In this document: positions 46,412-56,606 of the stretch, in pieces | Layout: each line of letters begins with the position of its first letter | Numbering within the stretch: the first letter of the stretch is position 1 | Source: an uncultured Clostridiaceae bacterium | GTDB lineage: Bacteria > Bacillota > Clostridia > TANB77 > CAG-508 | Assembly: GCA_946493085.1 (NCBI GenBank) | Contig: CAMMAC010000003.1 | Location: forward strand, 452-64,451 | DNA length: 64,000 nucleotides | Reading direction: 5' to 3' | Made by a program: the position numbers and the translations under genes | Notes under the pieces: model-generated | Databases searched by the model: none | What the model saw: the letters and a program-made list of their open reading frames with translations, nothing else | What the model was told of the DNA's origin: nothing

Positions 46412-48331
46412 TTATAAAGACATAATAATTGGTAATATCATTGGGTTTCTTTTTGTTTTTTGGAATACATAGTCTCTTAAGTGGTCTTTTAATGTGGATT
46501 TAATAGTTGACCAATCTGTTACACCATTAGCTTCTAATGCTTGCACTTCTTCTCTTACTACCCTCTTGACTTCGTCCATTAAGTTTTCTGATTCTTTCAC
46601 ATAAACGAATCCTCTTGAGATAACATCCGGACCGGATACAATTTCTCCATTACTATTGTCCATTGTCATAACAATTACAATTAATCCATCTTGTGATAAA
46701 TGTTGTCTATCACGAAGTACTACATTTCCTACATCTCCAACACCTAAACCATCTACCAATACTTTTCCAGATGGTACTGTTGTTGTTATTTTTGCTTCTT
46801 TTTCATTTAATTCTAATACTCTACCATTGGTACTAATAAAAATATTTTCTGGTTCTATTCCCATCTTTTTAGCAGTTTCTGCATGTGCTATTAATTGTCT
46901 ATATTCTCCATGCACTGGTATGAAGTATTTTGGTTTTGTTAATGATAAGATTAATTTTTGTTCTTCTTGGCAAGCGTGTCCTGATACATGGACATCTTCT
47001 AATGCGCTATATACTACTTCTGCTCCTATTTTCATTAAATCATCAATTACTTTTGAAACTAATTTTTCATTTCCTGGAATGGCTGTTGCAGAAATAATAA
47101 TTAAATCATTTGGTGTAATTTCTACTTTTTTGTGTTCTCCTGCTGCCATTCTTGTTAAAGCAGACATCGTTTCTCCTTGGCTACCTGTTGTAATAATAAC
47201 CAATTGCTCATCTGTATAATTCTTAATTAAATCAATATCAATAAACACATTGTCTGGGACATCGATATAACCAAGTTTTCTTGCTGTTTCTATCATATTA
47301 ATCATACTTCTACCACAAACAGCTATTTTTCTACCGTTTTCTACAGCAGCATCTACTATTTGTTGTACTCTATGCACATTAGATGCAAAAGTTGCTACCA
47401 CAATTCTTTTTTTGCAATTTACAAATAGTTTATCGAATACTTCTCCTACGGTACTTTCAGACATGGTATATCCTTTTCTTTCACTATTTGTACTATCAGA
47501 TAATAAAGCAAGAACTCCATGACTGCCTATCTCTGCAATTCTTGTTAAATCTGTCATTTCACTATTAATTGGTGTATAATCAATTTTGAAGTCCCCTGTA
47601 TGAAATACCGTTCCTACTGGTGTATAAATAGCAAGCATAACGGAATCTGGAATACTATGGCAACTTCTAATAAACTCTACGCTCATTTTTCCAAATTTTA
47701 CAGTTTGTCCTGGCTCTACTTCTACTAATTTTGTACTTCTAAGTAATTTATGTTCTTCTAATTTATTTTGAATTAGACCACAGGTTAATTTTGTTGCATA
47801 AATTGGAATATTAATTTGTTTTAAAATATATGGTATAGAACCTATATGATCTTCGTGTCCATGTGTAATCACCATTCCTTTAATTTTTTCCTTATTTCTC
47901 TCTAAATAAGTAATATCTGGAATCACTAAGTCTACCCCTAACATATCATCTGTTGGGAACTCTAGTCCACAATCCACAATCACAATCTCGTCTTCGTATT
48001 CAAACACGGTCATATTTTTTCCGATTTCTTCAAGACCACCTAATGGTATAATTTTTAAGTTAGATTTTTTAAATTCAAAAGTATGTGCTTCTTTCTTATT
48101 ATTAAAATTTTTTCTATGGGAAACTTTTTCTTCCCTTTTTTCCTCTACTTCCATTTTTACTTTTTTTTCTCTTGCCTGTCCAGAAACTTGTTTTGTTCTT
48201 CTTCCTTCTGGATTATATCTTCTTTTTGTTACTCTTTTTGTACTTTTTATTTCTTCTGACTTTACGCTTTTTTCATTTGTTAAAACCTTCTCTATTGGTT
48301 TCTTCTTGCTAGTATTCTGTTTTTCTGTCAT
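46412..48331 (-). CDS. rnj: Ribonuclease J with basic N-terminal extension
   Basis: Metallo-beta-lactamase/beta-CASP fold: HGHEDHIG, GDFK, SGH. An approximately 90-aa Lys/Arg/Glu-rich extension precedes the usual ..KIIPLGGLEEIGKNM start. Confidence 0.92.
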   Translation of the reverse strand: MTEKQNTSKKKPIEKVLTNEKSVKSEEIKSTKRVTKRRYNPEGRRTKQVSGQAREKKVKMEVEEKREEKVSHRKNFNNKKEAHTFEFKKSNLKIIPLGGLEEIGKNMTVFEYEDEIVIVDCGLEFPTDDMLGVDLVIPDITYLERNKEKIKGMVITHGHEDHIGSIPYILKQINIPIYATKLTCGLIQNKLEEHKLLRSTKLVEVEPGQTVKFGKMSVEFIRSCHSIPDSVMLAIYTPVGTVFHTGDFKIDYTPINSEMTDLTRIAEIGSHGVLALLSDSTNSERKGYTMSESTVGEVFDKLFVNCKKRIVVATFASNVHRVQQIVDAAVENGRKIAVCGRSMINMIETARKLGYIDVPDNVFIDIDLIKNYTDEQLVIITTGSQGETMSALTRMAAGEHKKVEITPNDLIIISATAIPGNEKLVSKVIDDLMKIGAEVVYSALEDVHVSGHACQEEQKLILSLTKPKYFIPVHGEYRQLIAHAETAKKMGIEPENIFISTNGRVLELNEKEAKITTTVPSGKVLVDGLGVGDVGNVVLRDRQHLSQDGLIVIVMTMDNSNGEIVSGPDVISRGFVYVKESENLMDEVKRVVREEVQALEANGVTDWSTIKSTLKDHLRDYVFQKTKRNPMILPIIMSL

Positions 48332-48605
48332 TTTTTCTCCTCTCTTTCATCTATTTTTCCGATACTTAAATTTATATTTCTCTACACAGAAAAAAATAGT
48401 TTGCTAATATCATAAACTATTTTGATTCTCTTTTATCTCTTTTTTGTACACACCTAAATATTTGAAAAACATCTCTCTTGTGTCTTTCTTCTTTTCTCTT
48501 TCTAATTTTCACGAATCTCTCTTTACAATATTATTTATCTTCTTTTCGATAAATCTATAAATTTAAATCTCTTCTCTACCATTATTTTGGTAACAACTGT
48601 TTTAA

Positions 48606-48634
48606 ATTATACACTATTTTTTTTATCTTGTCAA
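48606..48634 (-). promoter_or_regulatory. Consensus sigma-A promoter driving rnj
   Basis: On the minus strand: TTGACA (48634-48629), 17 nt spacer, TATAAT (48611-48606). This implies a ~270-nt leader. Confidence 0.7.
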
Positions 48635-48713
48635 TTTTTATGTTTTTTCAAAAAAATCTATTCTGATTCATTTGCGATAATGTCTTAAATAATGAAAAGA
48701 GAAAATGGCCTAA

Positions 48714-48762
48714 CAAAAAAATCTCAAACTCCAGTCTGTTTAGTACTAGGTTTGAGTTTTTT
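48714..48762. terminator. Bidirectional terminator 3' of the ROK kinase gene
   Basis: Hairpin ctcaaac / gtttgag, flanked by A8 and T6. Confidence 0.65.
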
Positions 48763-48838
48763 ATAATAAATTTTCGTTTCTTTTTCATATGTATCTTTCT
48801 GCCTATGTCTCGTTTAAGCTCTGACATAAGGAAAAGAT

Positions 48839-49742
48839 TTACTCTAATACTGCCCCTATCATCCCTGCATCATTACCTAAACTTGCTAGTACAATTTTTG
48901 GCATTTCTACTAAATTCTTTTGTTCTTCTGCTTTTTCTAATAGTTTTGTATATAAAATATCTTTATAATAGATAAAACTTCCTCCTAAAGAGATGGCTTG
49001 TGGCTCTATTATTTTTACTATATTGGCTATTCCTATATATAAATCATTTATATATTTTTCTATATATTGCGTTAATTCTTCATTTTGCCTATTATCTGTT
49101 ATTGCTTGTATAATCTCTCTGGCTTCAATTGTTTCTGGCAAATTTAAAATTTTCTTTACTTTTTCTTTAAATGCTTTCATAGAACAATATTTTTCAAAAC
49201 ATCCTGTTCTTCCACATTTACATGGTATACCATTTTCTTTTTGTATGACCATGTGTCCATATTCCGAACCAGCATTTCTATGAGGTTTTATTAATTCCCC
49301 ATTAAAAAAAGTAGCTCCTCCTATTCCTGTACCTAAGCAAAGAAATACTGCATCTTCATAATTTTGTAGACTTCCATATCTTTTTTCTGCTAATCCTGCA
49401 CATTTTGCATCATTACGAATGCTTACTTCTACTCTATAAAATTCTTCTATCATTTGTTTTAAAGGCAATTCTTTTAATCCTAAATTATAAATATTTTTTA
49501 CTCTTCCTTCTTTTACTTCACCGTGGGCATGCAATTCCTATTTTATTAAGCACACACAATGGCGCTCCTACTTCTTTTAAAACTTGTTGAATAAGAGATA
49601 CCATTGTATCTCTTATTTGTTGTTCTATACTCTTTTCTTGTATTAAAATTAAATCTTGCTCTCTTTTTGCTGCAATTTTTCCATTTTCAGATATTACCGC
49701 TACTGCTACATGGCTGCCACCTAAATCTATTCCTATTTGCAA
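48839..49742 (-). pseudogene. ROK-family glucokinase, frame interrupted by a +1 shift at an in-frame CGG
   Basis: N-terminal ORF 49518-49742 (MQIGIDLGGSHVAV...KIGIACP, then CGG-TGA). C-terminal ORF 48839-49534 (..GEVKEGRV.., LGTGIGG, zinc motif CKCGRTGCFE). Skipping the C at 49523 gives the ROK-conserved ..IACPGEVKEG.. and a ~300-aa protein. Confidence 0.85.
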
Positions 49743-49843
49743 ATTCTACTCCTCTTTTCTTTCTTAATTTATCTACTAGGCATATTTAGAAAATTTTTTA
49801 ATTGCTGCGTAGCGACCAAACAAAGCCACTAGACAATCAAACA

Positions 49844-51196
49844 CTAAATTCCTGCTGCAGAGAACATAAAGGTTCCCATATATACTTGTAACATTGGCAC
49901 TAGTACAATTAATACAAAGAAAATTAATACAATACCCACTATAGAATATACTACTTGTGGCATTACTTTCATAATGTGCTCTAGAATATTATTCATATCA
50001 ATTTCCATATATTCTACTAGTTTTTGCATCATTTCTGTTAAATCTGTCTGCATACCAATTCTTAACATTTCTGTTTGCATAGAAGAAGATAATCCAGATT
50101 TTTCAAATGGTTCTATCCAAGAAGCACCAATTAAAATATTATTAATAGAAGTTTCTACCATAGATAAGAATACATAATTACTAACTACGTTTTTACTAAC
50201 TTCCAATGAATCTTGTATTCTCATTCCATTTTCCAAATTCAAAAGCATTGCTTTAATAAATCTTGAAAAATCTAAACTATAAATTAATTTTCCAAAAATT
50301 GGCATGGTATATTTAAAATAATGAAAATTATATTTTCCTTTTGGTGTATTAATATAAAATATAATGGCTGCCACTATAGCTACTATAATAAATGTTGGAA
50401 TATACCATACTTGTAGCAGGCCATTTACAAAATTTGAGAAAGCTAAAGTAATTGGTGAAAGTGTATCTTGGCTTCCTACTGTATCATACACATTCTGTAC
50501 TGCTGGAACTGCCACTAATGTTCCTACTATTAACATAATTAAAAGTGCTGTAAATTGTATAATGTTTGGTATCAAAATACTTTTTATTTTTCTTGTAATA
50601 GTAGAATTATCATCTAAGTATTTTACTGCTTGTTGCAAAGAATTAGTAAGAGAACCGGATAACTCTCCTACCTTTATCATATTAATATATATGTACGGAA
50701 AAATATTAGAATAATACTCCATTGTCGTATACATATATTCTCCTGCTTCCACACCAGCTAAAATATCTTCTAATATTCCTCTAAAGGATAAATTTTCTGT
50801 GCTTTCTATAATGGTATTTAATGCATGAATATTATTAAAATTCGCTTTTTTTAGCAAATAAAAATTTTGTGTAAAAATTACAATATCCCTTGTTGTTATT
50901 TTTTCTGTTGCAGAAAGTTTCATATTTAATTTTTCTTTTAAGCTTGCCTTTGTTCTATTATCTGCATTCAAGATATTGGTAGAGTTAGCCGTTTTCATAA
51001 TATCATCTATACTAGTAATATTTCTTTTTGTTTTCCTTGCACTTTTTTTACTAGCGTAACCCACTTGTACAATGTTAATGGGCGTTAATTCATTATTTTT
51101 TAATCGCTTAATGAGAACTTGTTTACTAGAGTCTTCTACCCTATTTTTTACAATAACACCCGTTTTGGTTACTGCTCTATAAATATATTCTGGCAT
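49844..51196 (-). CDS. pilC: Type IV pilus platform protein (GspF/PilC family)
   Basis: 450 aa. Two GspF-like repeats with three TM segments. Last gene of the pilus operon. Confidence 0.85.
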   Translation of the reverse strand: MPEYIYRAVTKTGVIVKNRVEDSSKQVLIKRLKNNELTPINIVQVGYASKKSARKTKRNITSIDDIMKTANSTNILNADNRTKASLKEKLNMKLSATEKITTRDIVIFTQNFYLLKKANFNNIHALNTIIESTENLSFRGILEDILAGVEAGEYMYTTMEYYSNIFPYIYINMIKVGELSGSLTNSLQQAVKYLDDNSTITRKIKSILIPNIIQFTALLIMLIVGTLVAVPAVQNVYDTVGSQDTLSPITLAFSNFVNGLLQVWYIPTFIIVAIVAAIIFYINTPKGKYNFHYFKYTMPIFGKLIYSLDFSRFIKAMLLNLENGMRIQDSLEVSKNVVSNYVFLSMVETSINNILIGASWIEPFEKSGLSSSMQTEMLRIGMQTDLTEMMQKLVEYMEIDMNNILEHIMKVMPQVVYSIVGIVLIFFVLIVLVPMLQVYMGTFMFSAAGI

Positions 51197-51273
51197 TGTT
51201 AACTTTCCTCCATCTTCTTTTTATTCTTTTCCTAGACTTTTTACAAAATATTCTTTATTTTTTAATACTTATT

Positions 51274-52374
51274 TTAATTTCCTCTTTTAATTTTTAATTG
51301 CATAATGGTTCTATTTAAGGTCTCTATATTTTTCTCTTCTATTTGTGCTTTTGCTTGTTCTAATGTAATTTTATCATCTACAAACAATTCCGCAATGGAA
51401 TTAATTAATCCTATACTTCCTTTTTCTGAATTACTTTGAATCGCATCTTCAATTTCTGATACACTAATTTTTTCTTTACGTATAATACCTGCTACAATAT
51501 TATCTACCACCATCACTTCTGGAACAAGAACTAACTTTCCATTTTTTCCTTTTAGCAACCTTTGTGAAACTACTAACTTTAATAAAGAAGCTATCAAAAA
51601 TTTTACACTTTGTTGGTCACTAATATCGTAAAAATTAATCATTCTATCAATTGTCTCTGCACAAGACTTTGTATGTAATGTTCCAATTACTAAATGGCCT
51701 GACTCCGCTGTTTCAATAGCAGCATCCATTGTTTCTCTATCACGAATCTCTCCTACTACTACAATATCACAGTCTTCTCTTAGAGAGTTCTTAACACCAT
51801 CACTAAAGGAAAGAGAATCTCTTCCACGACCTACTTCTTTTTGTACAATGATAGATTTTTTAGAGGTATGTTTAAATTCTACTGGGTTTTCTAAAGTTAA
51901 TATTTTTCTATTTTGATGTTCATTAATATCATTTACCAAAGCATTTAAGGTAGTTGTTTTACCAGAGTTTGTCTTTCCTGTTACTAACATAAGTCCTTGT
52001 GGTTGATATGTCATTCTTCTTACAATATCTGGTACTCCTAAGTCTTCATATTTTGGAAGTGTATTTTTAATAAGCCTTAAGGTAAATAATGGAACATCAT
52101 CTGCATAGGAGATATTTACTCTCAGACGAATATCTTCAAATTCAAAAGAGGCATCTAATTTCCTTGTTTCTCTAAAAACAGCATCTTTATCTAAATTTCC
52201 TCTAACGAAATAATCATATGCTTCCGACATATCACTTTCTACTAAAACGTCCATTTCGTCAATAGGAACCAAATCTCTAATAATTCTAAGGATTGGCTTT
52301 AAACCACATATTAAGTGTACATCAGATGCATCTCTTTTTTTGGCTATCTCTAATATTTTATTTATATCTATCAT
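51274..52374 (-). CDS. pilT: Type IV pilus retraction ATPase
   Basis: 366 aa. Walker A GKTNSGKTTT, Asp box, Walker B DIVVVGEIRD, His box GHLVIGTLHT. No N-terminal GSPII domain. Confidence 0.9.
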   Translation of the reverse strand: MIDINKILEIAKKRDASDVHLICGLKPILRIIRDLVPIDEMDVLVESDMSEAYDYFVRGNLDKDAVFRETRKLDASFEFEDIRLRVNISYADDVPLFTLRLIKNTLPKYEDLGVPDIVRRMTYQPQGLMLVTGKTNSGKTTTLNALVNDINEHQNRKILTLENPVEFKHTSKKSIIVQKEVGRGRDSLSFSDGVKNSLREDCDIVVVGEIRDRETMDAAIETAESGHLVIGTLHTKSCAETIDRMINFYDISDQQSVKFLIASLLKLVVSQRLLKGKNGKLVLVPEVMVVDNIVAGIIRKEKISVSEIEDAIQSNSEKGSIGLINSIAELFVDDKITLEQAKAQIEEKNIETLNRTIMQLKIKRGN

Positions 52375-52392
52375 TTGTTTTCTCCTTCCTTG

Positions 52393-54021
52393 CTAAAAAA
52401 TACGTAGCTTTTTATTTAATTCCTCTAAAGTTGTATATCCTGTTAAAATCTTATGAAGACCATCAATAATTAAAGGTCTATATTTTCCTTTTAATGCTTG
52501 CCTTCTAATTTCAATACTAGATGCACCTTTCATAATTAATTCTTTAATTTCATCTTGAATAGATAATACTTCATAAATAGCAATTCTTCCATAGTAACCA
52601 GTATGATTACATTTATCACACCCTACTACATCATACGTAGTTTTTCCATTAAAATCAATCTCTACTTCATATTCATTTGCTATTTTCTCCATAATTTCTT
52701 TTTCTTCTTTTGAAAAGTTCCTCTGTCTTGAACAATGTGGACACACTCTTCTTACTAATCTTTGAGATACAGAAGTAGCAAGTGTACTGGAAATATCATA
52801 ATCTGAAATTCCCATTTTTCTAAGTCTTGTAATAACTTCTATACTATCAATTGTATGAATAGTAGACAATACATAATGTCCTGTTTGCCCTGCTTGCATA
52901 GCTATTTCTGCTGTTTCATTGTCTCGAATTTCTCCCACTAAGATAATATCTGGGTCTTGCCTTAAAACTGTTCTTAAAGAATCAGAAAAGGATGTTTTTA
53001 CATCAATTTCAATTTGATTTAATCCAGGAATACGAATTTCCACTGGATCCTCAATGGTAGTAATATTAATTTCTGGACTATTTAAATAATCTATAATACT
53101 ATACAAAGTAGTAGTTTTTCCTTCTCCTGTTGGGGCTGCTACTACTGTAATACTATTTCTTTTATCAAAACAAGAACGAAGTAATTGCTCATCTTTTGGA
53201 AATCCTAAATCAAATATTTTTTGAATTCCTGCATTCTTTTTTAACAATCTTAAAACAAATTTTTCTCCATAAACATTTTTCTGTGAAGATACACGAATAT
53301 TATAGTCTGGATATATTAAAATTCTACCATCTTGTGATTCCTGTTTTTCTTGATGCATATTAGAAATAGCTTTTAACCTTCCTATTATTTGTTGTTGCTT
53401 GTCTTTTTCTATATTCACAGCGGTAATCAATTCTCCATCAATTCTATATCTTACACGCACTGCATCTTCCATAGGTTCTATATGGATATCACTTGCTCTT
53501 TTTTCCATAGCTGTTTTAATAATGGTGTCTACTAGTCCTGTAATATCTCTATTGGTATTAATATTTTCAGAAGCTACCCCTTCTAAAGAATCTAATATTT
53601 TTTCTACATTTGTTTCAAAAGTAATATATTTATCCATAACCAGACCTTTATTAAGCAATAAAAGTCTTACTGTTTCTGTTGATCTTTTATTGGAAGTGTC
53701 CGCAAAACACACTTTTATCCTTCCTGCTGATATTTCAAAAGGAATTGCTAAATTTTTTCTTGCTATATCTAAAGAAATATAATCTGTTATATTAATTTTA
53801 ATGTCTCTTTCTTCTAGTAAAATAGCTTTTTCGTCTAAAATTTCTCCAATTGCTTGAATCAATTTTTGTGAGTCACACAAATTTAAAATATTAATAATAT
53901 CTCCTAATTTTTTACTTGGATATTCTTTTTGATATTCTAATGCTCTATTAATGTCTTCTTCTGTAATTAAATTTCTCTTTGCCAATTCTATACCAATTGG
54001 CTGCGTTTGTTTGGATGCCAT
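52393..54021 (-). CDS. pilB: Type IV pilus assembly ATPase (GspE/PilB family)
   Basis: 542 aa. Walker A APTGEGKTTT, Walker B DIILVGEIRD, His box GHYVLSTIHT, tetracysteine motif CPHC...CDKC. Confidence 0.9.
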   Translation of the reverse strand: MASKQTQPIGIELAKRNLITEEDINRALEYQKEYPSKKLGDIINILNLCDSQKLIQAIGEILDEKAILLEERDIKINITDYISLDIARKNLAIPFEISAGRIKVCFADTSNKRSTETVRLLLLNKGLVMDKYITFETNVEKILDSLEGVASENINTNRDITGLVDTIIKTAMEKRASDIHIEPMEDAVRVRYRIDGELITAVNIEKDKQQQIIGRLKAISNMHQEKQESQDGRILIYPDYNIRVSSQKNVYGEKFVLRLLKKNAGIQKIFDLGFPKDEQLLRSCFDKRNSITVVAAPTGEGKTTTLYSIIDYLNSPEINITTIEDPVEIRIPGLNQIEIDVKTSFSDSLRTVLRQDPDIILVGEIRDNETAEIAMQAGQTGHYVLSTIHTIDSIEVITRLRKMGISDYDISSTLATSVSQRLVRRVCPHCSRQRNFSKEEKEIMEKIANEYEVEIDFNGKTTYDVVGCDKCNHTGYYGRIAIYEVLSIQDEIKELIMKGASSIEIRRQALKGKYRPLIIDGLHKILTGYTTLEELNKKLRIF

Positions 54022-54107
54022 ATGTAATGCTCCTTTCTTTTGTACTCTGTTTTTATTATACTACAACGTTTTTATTTTAGGTAGTAGTTTTATAAAATTA
54101 CTTAAAA

Positions 54108-54557
54108 TTACCAATATTTTAATACATAATCTACACTAGTGGTATAATTTTTAGAGCCTTGTAATACCATAGTTACTGTAACAATATTTTTGGAAATACC
54201 ACTTTCTGTATCTATTTCTGTTCTTTTTCTAAAAGTACAATATAAAATATGACTACAAATTTTTACTTTGTTACGATAAATTCCATTGTCTGGGCTTGAT
54301 TTGTAAGTATAAGTAACACCATTATCTAAAACTAACTCTGTTTCACCAAATTCTAAAAAATCTTTACTCTCTTTTATATCCTCAATAAAAAACATATTAA
54401 ATTTATTAAATTCTGAAATGTATCTTCCTGTATCTGTAACATAAGAAGAATTAAAGAAAAAATTTTCACTCACTACTGCTAAAATACTCATTACAATGGT
54501 AATGGCAATCACATAAATTGTTAAAGCTAGTAATGTAACACCTTTTTGTCTTTTCAT
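54108..54557 (-). CDS. Minor pilin-like protein
   Basis: 149 aa. N-terminus MKRQKG|VTLLALTIYVIAITIV resembles a class III signal. Sits in the pilus operon. Confidence 0.6.
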   Translation of the reverse strand: MKRQKGVTLLALTIYVIAITIVMSILAVVSENFFFNSSYVTDTGRYISEFNKFNMFFIEDIKESKDFLEFGETELVLDNGVTYTYKSSPDNGIYRNKVKICSHILYCTFRKRTEIDTESGISKNIVTVTMVLQGSKNYTTSVDYVLKYW

Positions 54558-54567
54558 GCTATCCTCC

Positions 54568-54987
54568 TTACATTTCTTTGATTTTTAATTTTTGTACTGT
54601 ATAGCTATATTCTTGGTTTCTTAAAGTATACGATATTGTCACTTTTACAATTTTTATAATATCTTCCTTACTACTATCCATATCACTATAATTGGTTACT
54701 TCTATATTAGCTGTATAATTATCTGCCATATAGTATCTACCTTCTTCTACATTTTTCATCATGTTTTCTGTTGTTACTTCCGCATAAGACAATCTATCTG
54801 TATCTTCTAGAATGGTAACCGCATAATTTACAGCTATTGCATCCATCCTAATAGATACATTTTGTATAAATAATTCTGCAAACATTCCAGCAATTATCCC
54901 AGCAAATAAAGATAAAACTACTATAGAAACTACTATATCTACTCCCATAACAGCTTTATTCTGTTTACACTTTTTCAAAAATTTCAT
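54568..54987 (-). CDS. Minor pilin-like protein (putative)
   Basis: Start MKFLKK.. overlaps the pilD stop (ATGA). N-terminus KQNKAVMG|VDIVVSIVVLSLFAGII is a basic leader followed by a hydrophobic helix. Confidence 0.45.
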   Translation of the reverse strand: MKFLKKCKQNKAVMGVDIVVSIVVLSLFAGIIAGMFAELFIQNVSIRMDAIAVNYAVTILEDTDRLSYAEVTTENMMKNVEEGRYYMADNYTANIEVTNYSDMDSSKEDIIKIVKVTISYTLRNQEYSYTVQKLKIKEM

Positions 54988-55799
54988 TGATACCACCCAC
55001 ATGTATAAAAATTCATCACTAGCATTGCTATGATATTACCAATACATAAGTAAAAAGCAATCGGAAAATCTTTCAAAATATTTCTATTTTCCTTTTTATA
55101 CTTTATCATAACCCTTTTTAATTTTTGCAATAATGTTGCAAATGCAATGGCAAATAACATAAAAATAACTGTTAAAATAGCGCCAATTTCATAAGTGAAT
55201 ACTGCCATAATCAATAATAAACTTAAAGTTTCTAATAAGTAATTACTTTTTAAATGTTTTTTATAGTAAAATATCTCTAATATATTACATATTAGAATGA
55301 ATGTAAGATATATAACATATCTATATATATTCGTTTGTTCTAATACACATAGATATAGCATATGCATAGAAACAATTATCACTTCATATAATACTACTGG
55401 TTTGGACACACTATGCTTTTCTTTATCAATTCCAGCAATAATAAAAAGTCCTGCCATATATAATAATCCAAATATTAAATAAAACCATTTATCTACTTGT
55501 AATTTTTGTATATTTAAAGATACTGCAAATAAAAGGAATACCACTCCTGCGCATACCTCTAATAATAAATAACGTATTCTTATTTTTTGTCCACAATATC
55601 TACATTTTCCCCTTAAAAAAATATAACTCAAAATTGGTATCATATCCCAAAAAGAAAGCTTATGATGACAATTAGGACAAAAAGACCTTTCATGTGTAAT
55701 ATCTTTATGTAAGGGAATTCGGTATACAGCTAGTGTAAAAAAACTTCCAAATACGCTCCCTATACAAAAAATTAAAAAATAAAAAATAATCATTTCCAT
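54984..55799 (-). CDS. pilD: Prepilin peptidase (A24 family)
   Basis: 271 aa polytopic protein. N-terminal CPNC..(21)..CRYC zinc motif and an AGID aspartate motif. Confidence 0.87.
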   Translation of the reverse strand: MEMIIFYFLIFCIGSVFGSFFTLAVYRIPLHKDITHERSFCPNCHHKLSFWDMIPILSYIFLRGKCRYCGQKIRIRYLLLEVCAGVVFLLFAVSLNIQKLQVDKWFYLIFGLLYMAGLFIIAGIDKEKHSVSKPVVLYEVIIVSMHMLYLCVLEQTNIYRYVIYLTFILICNILEIFYYKKHLKSNYLLETLSLLLIMAVFTYEIGAILTVIFMLFAIAFATLLQKLKRVMIKYKKENRNILKDFPIAFYLCIGNIIAMLVMNFYTCGWYQ

Positions 55800-55872
55800 A
55801 TTCTCTTACCTTTTTAAAAAAATAGAGGCTACCTAAATATAATGATATCATCCTAGGCAACCTCATATTTAG

Positions 55873-56100
55873 TTAGTCAGCAACTTCATTAACGCTGTCT
55901 TCTACATAATAAATTAAGTTTTTCATTTCTTTGTTTTCTGTTTCGCTTTGAGTTTTTGTATCCGTAGCTGCTTTTTGTGCATTTGGAATAATTCCATTAT
56001 CTCCTACTACCATAGCGATACTTACACCAGCTAAGATAATTAAAACGATAATGGTAACAACTAAAGCTACTAATGTTACACCGTTTTGTCCTTTTAACAT
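55873..56100 (-). CDS. Short pilin (P8), candidate major subunit of the pilus operon
   Basis: 75 aa. MLKGQNG|VTLVALVVTIIVLIILAGVS..GDNGII.. has the same N-terminal module as P1-P7, followed by only about 35 polar residues. Confidence 0.75.
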   Translation of the reverse strand: MLKGQNGVTLVALVVTIIVLIILAGVSIAMVVGDNGIIPNAQKAATDTKTQSETENKEMKNLIYYVEDSVNEVAD

Positions 56101-56168
56101 AAAAACCTTCCTCCTTATATTATTTTTTTGTATATATTTATATGATTAATAAATATAACCGATTGAAA

Positions 56169-56591
56169 TTATTTTGTTCCAGTATTATTAAAGAATGTAC
56201 CTGTTGAATCTGGATTTCTTACTGTATTATCTATAATTTGTTCATTTACTTGTGTACTTCCATTACTGTTTATTTGTGAATTACCTATTATGTTACTGTT
56301 TCCTACAACAGATGTTGCAAACGGATTTGATTTTCCCGATACATAACTATTACTTTGTTTGTAAATATTTAAGTCTGCTCCTTCTATAGTATAAACGATA
56401 TTTGTTGTATTTAAACGAGAAATTTCTCCTTCTAATTCTTCCTTTATTTCATTAGGTGCTACATAAGCTATTGTACTTGGCACCGTTTTAGTTAAAGGAT
56501 TATAATCATAAAAGATAACACTCAATAATAACAAGATAGCCACACATAGTAAAATAGTAATAATACCTTCTTTTAAAATAGTTTTTATCAT
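56169..56591 (-). CDS. Hypothetical bitopic membrane protein of the pilus operon
   Basis: 140 aa. One N-terminal TM segment and an Asn/Ser/Thr-rich C-terminus. No family recognised. Confidence 0.4.
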   Translation of the reverse strand: MIKTILKEGIITILLCVAILLLLSVIFYDYNPLTKTVPSTIAYVAPNEIKEELEGEISRLNTTNIVYTIEGADLNIYKQSNSYVSGKSNPFATSVVGNSNIIGNSQINSNGSTQVNEQIIDNTVRNPDSTGTFFNNTGTK

Positions 56592-56606
56592 AATTCTATT
56601 TCCTTT

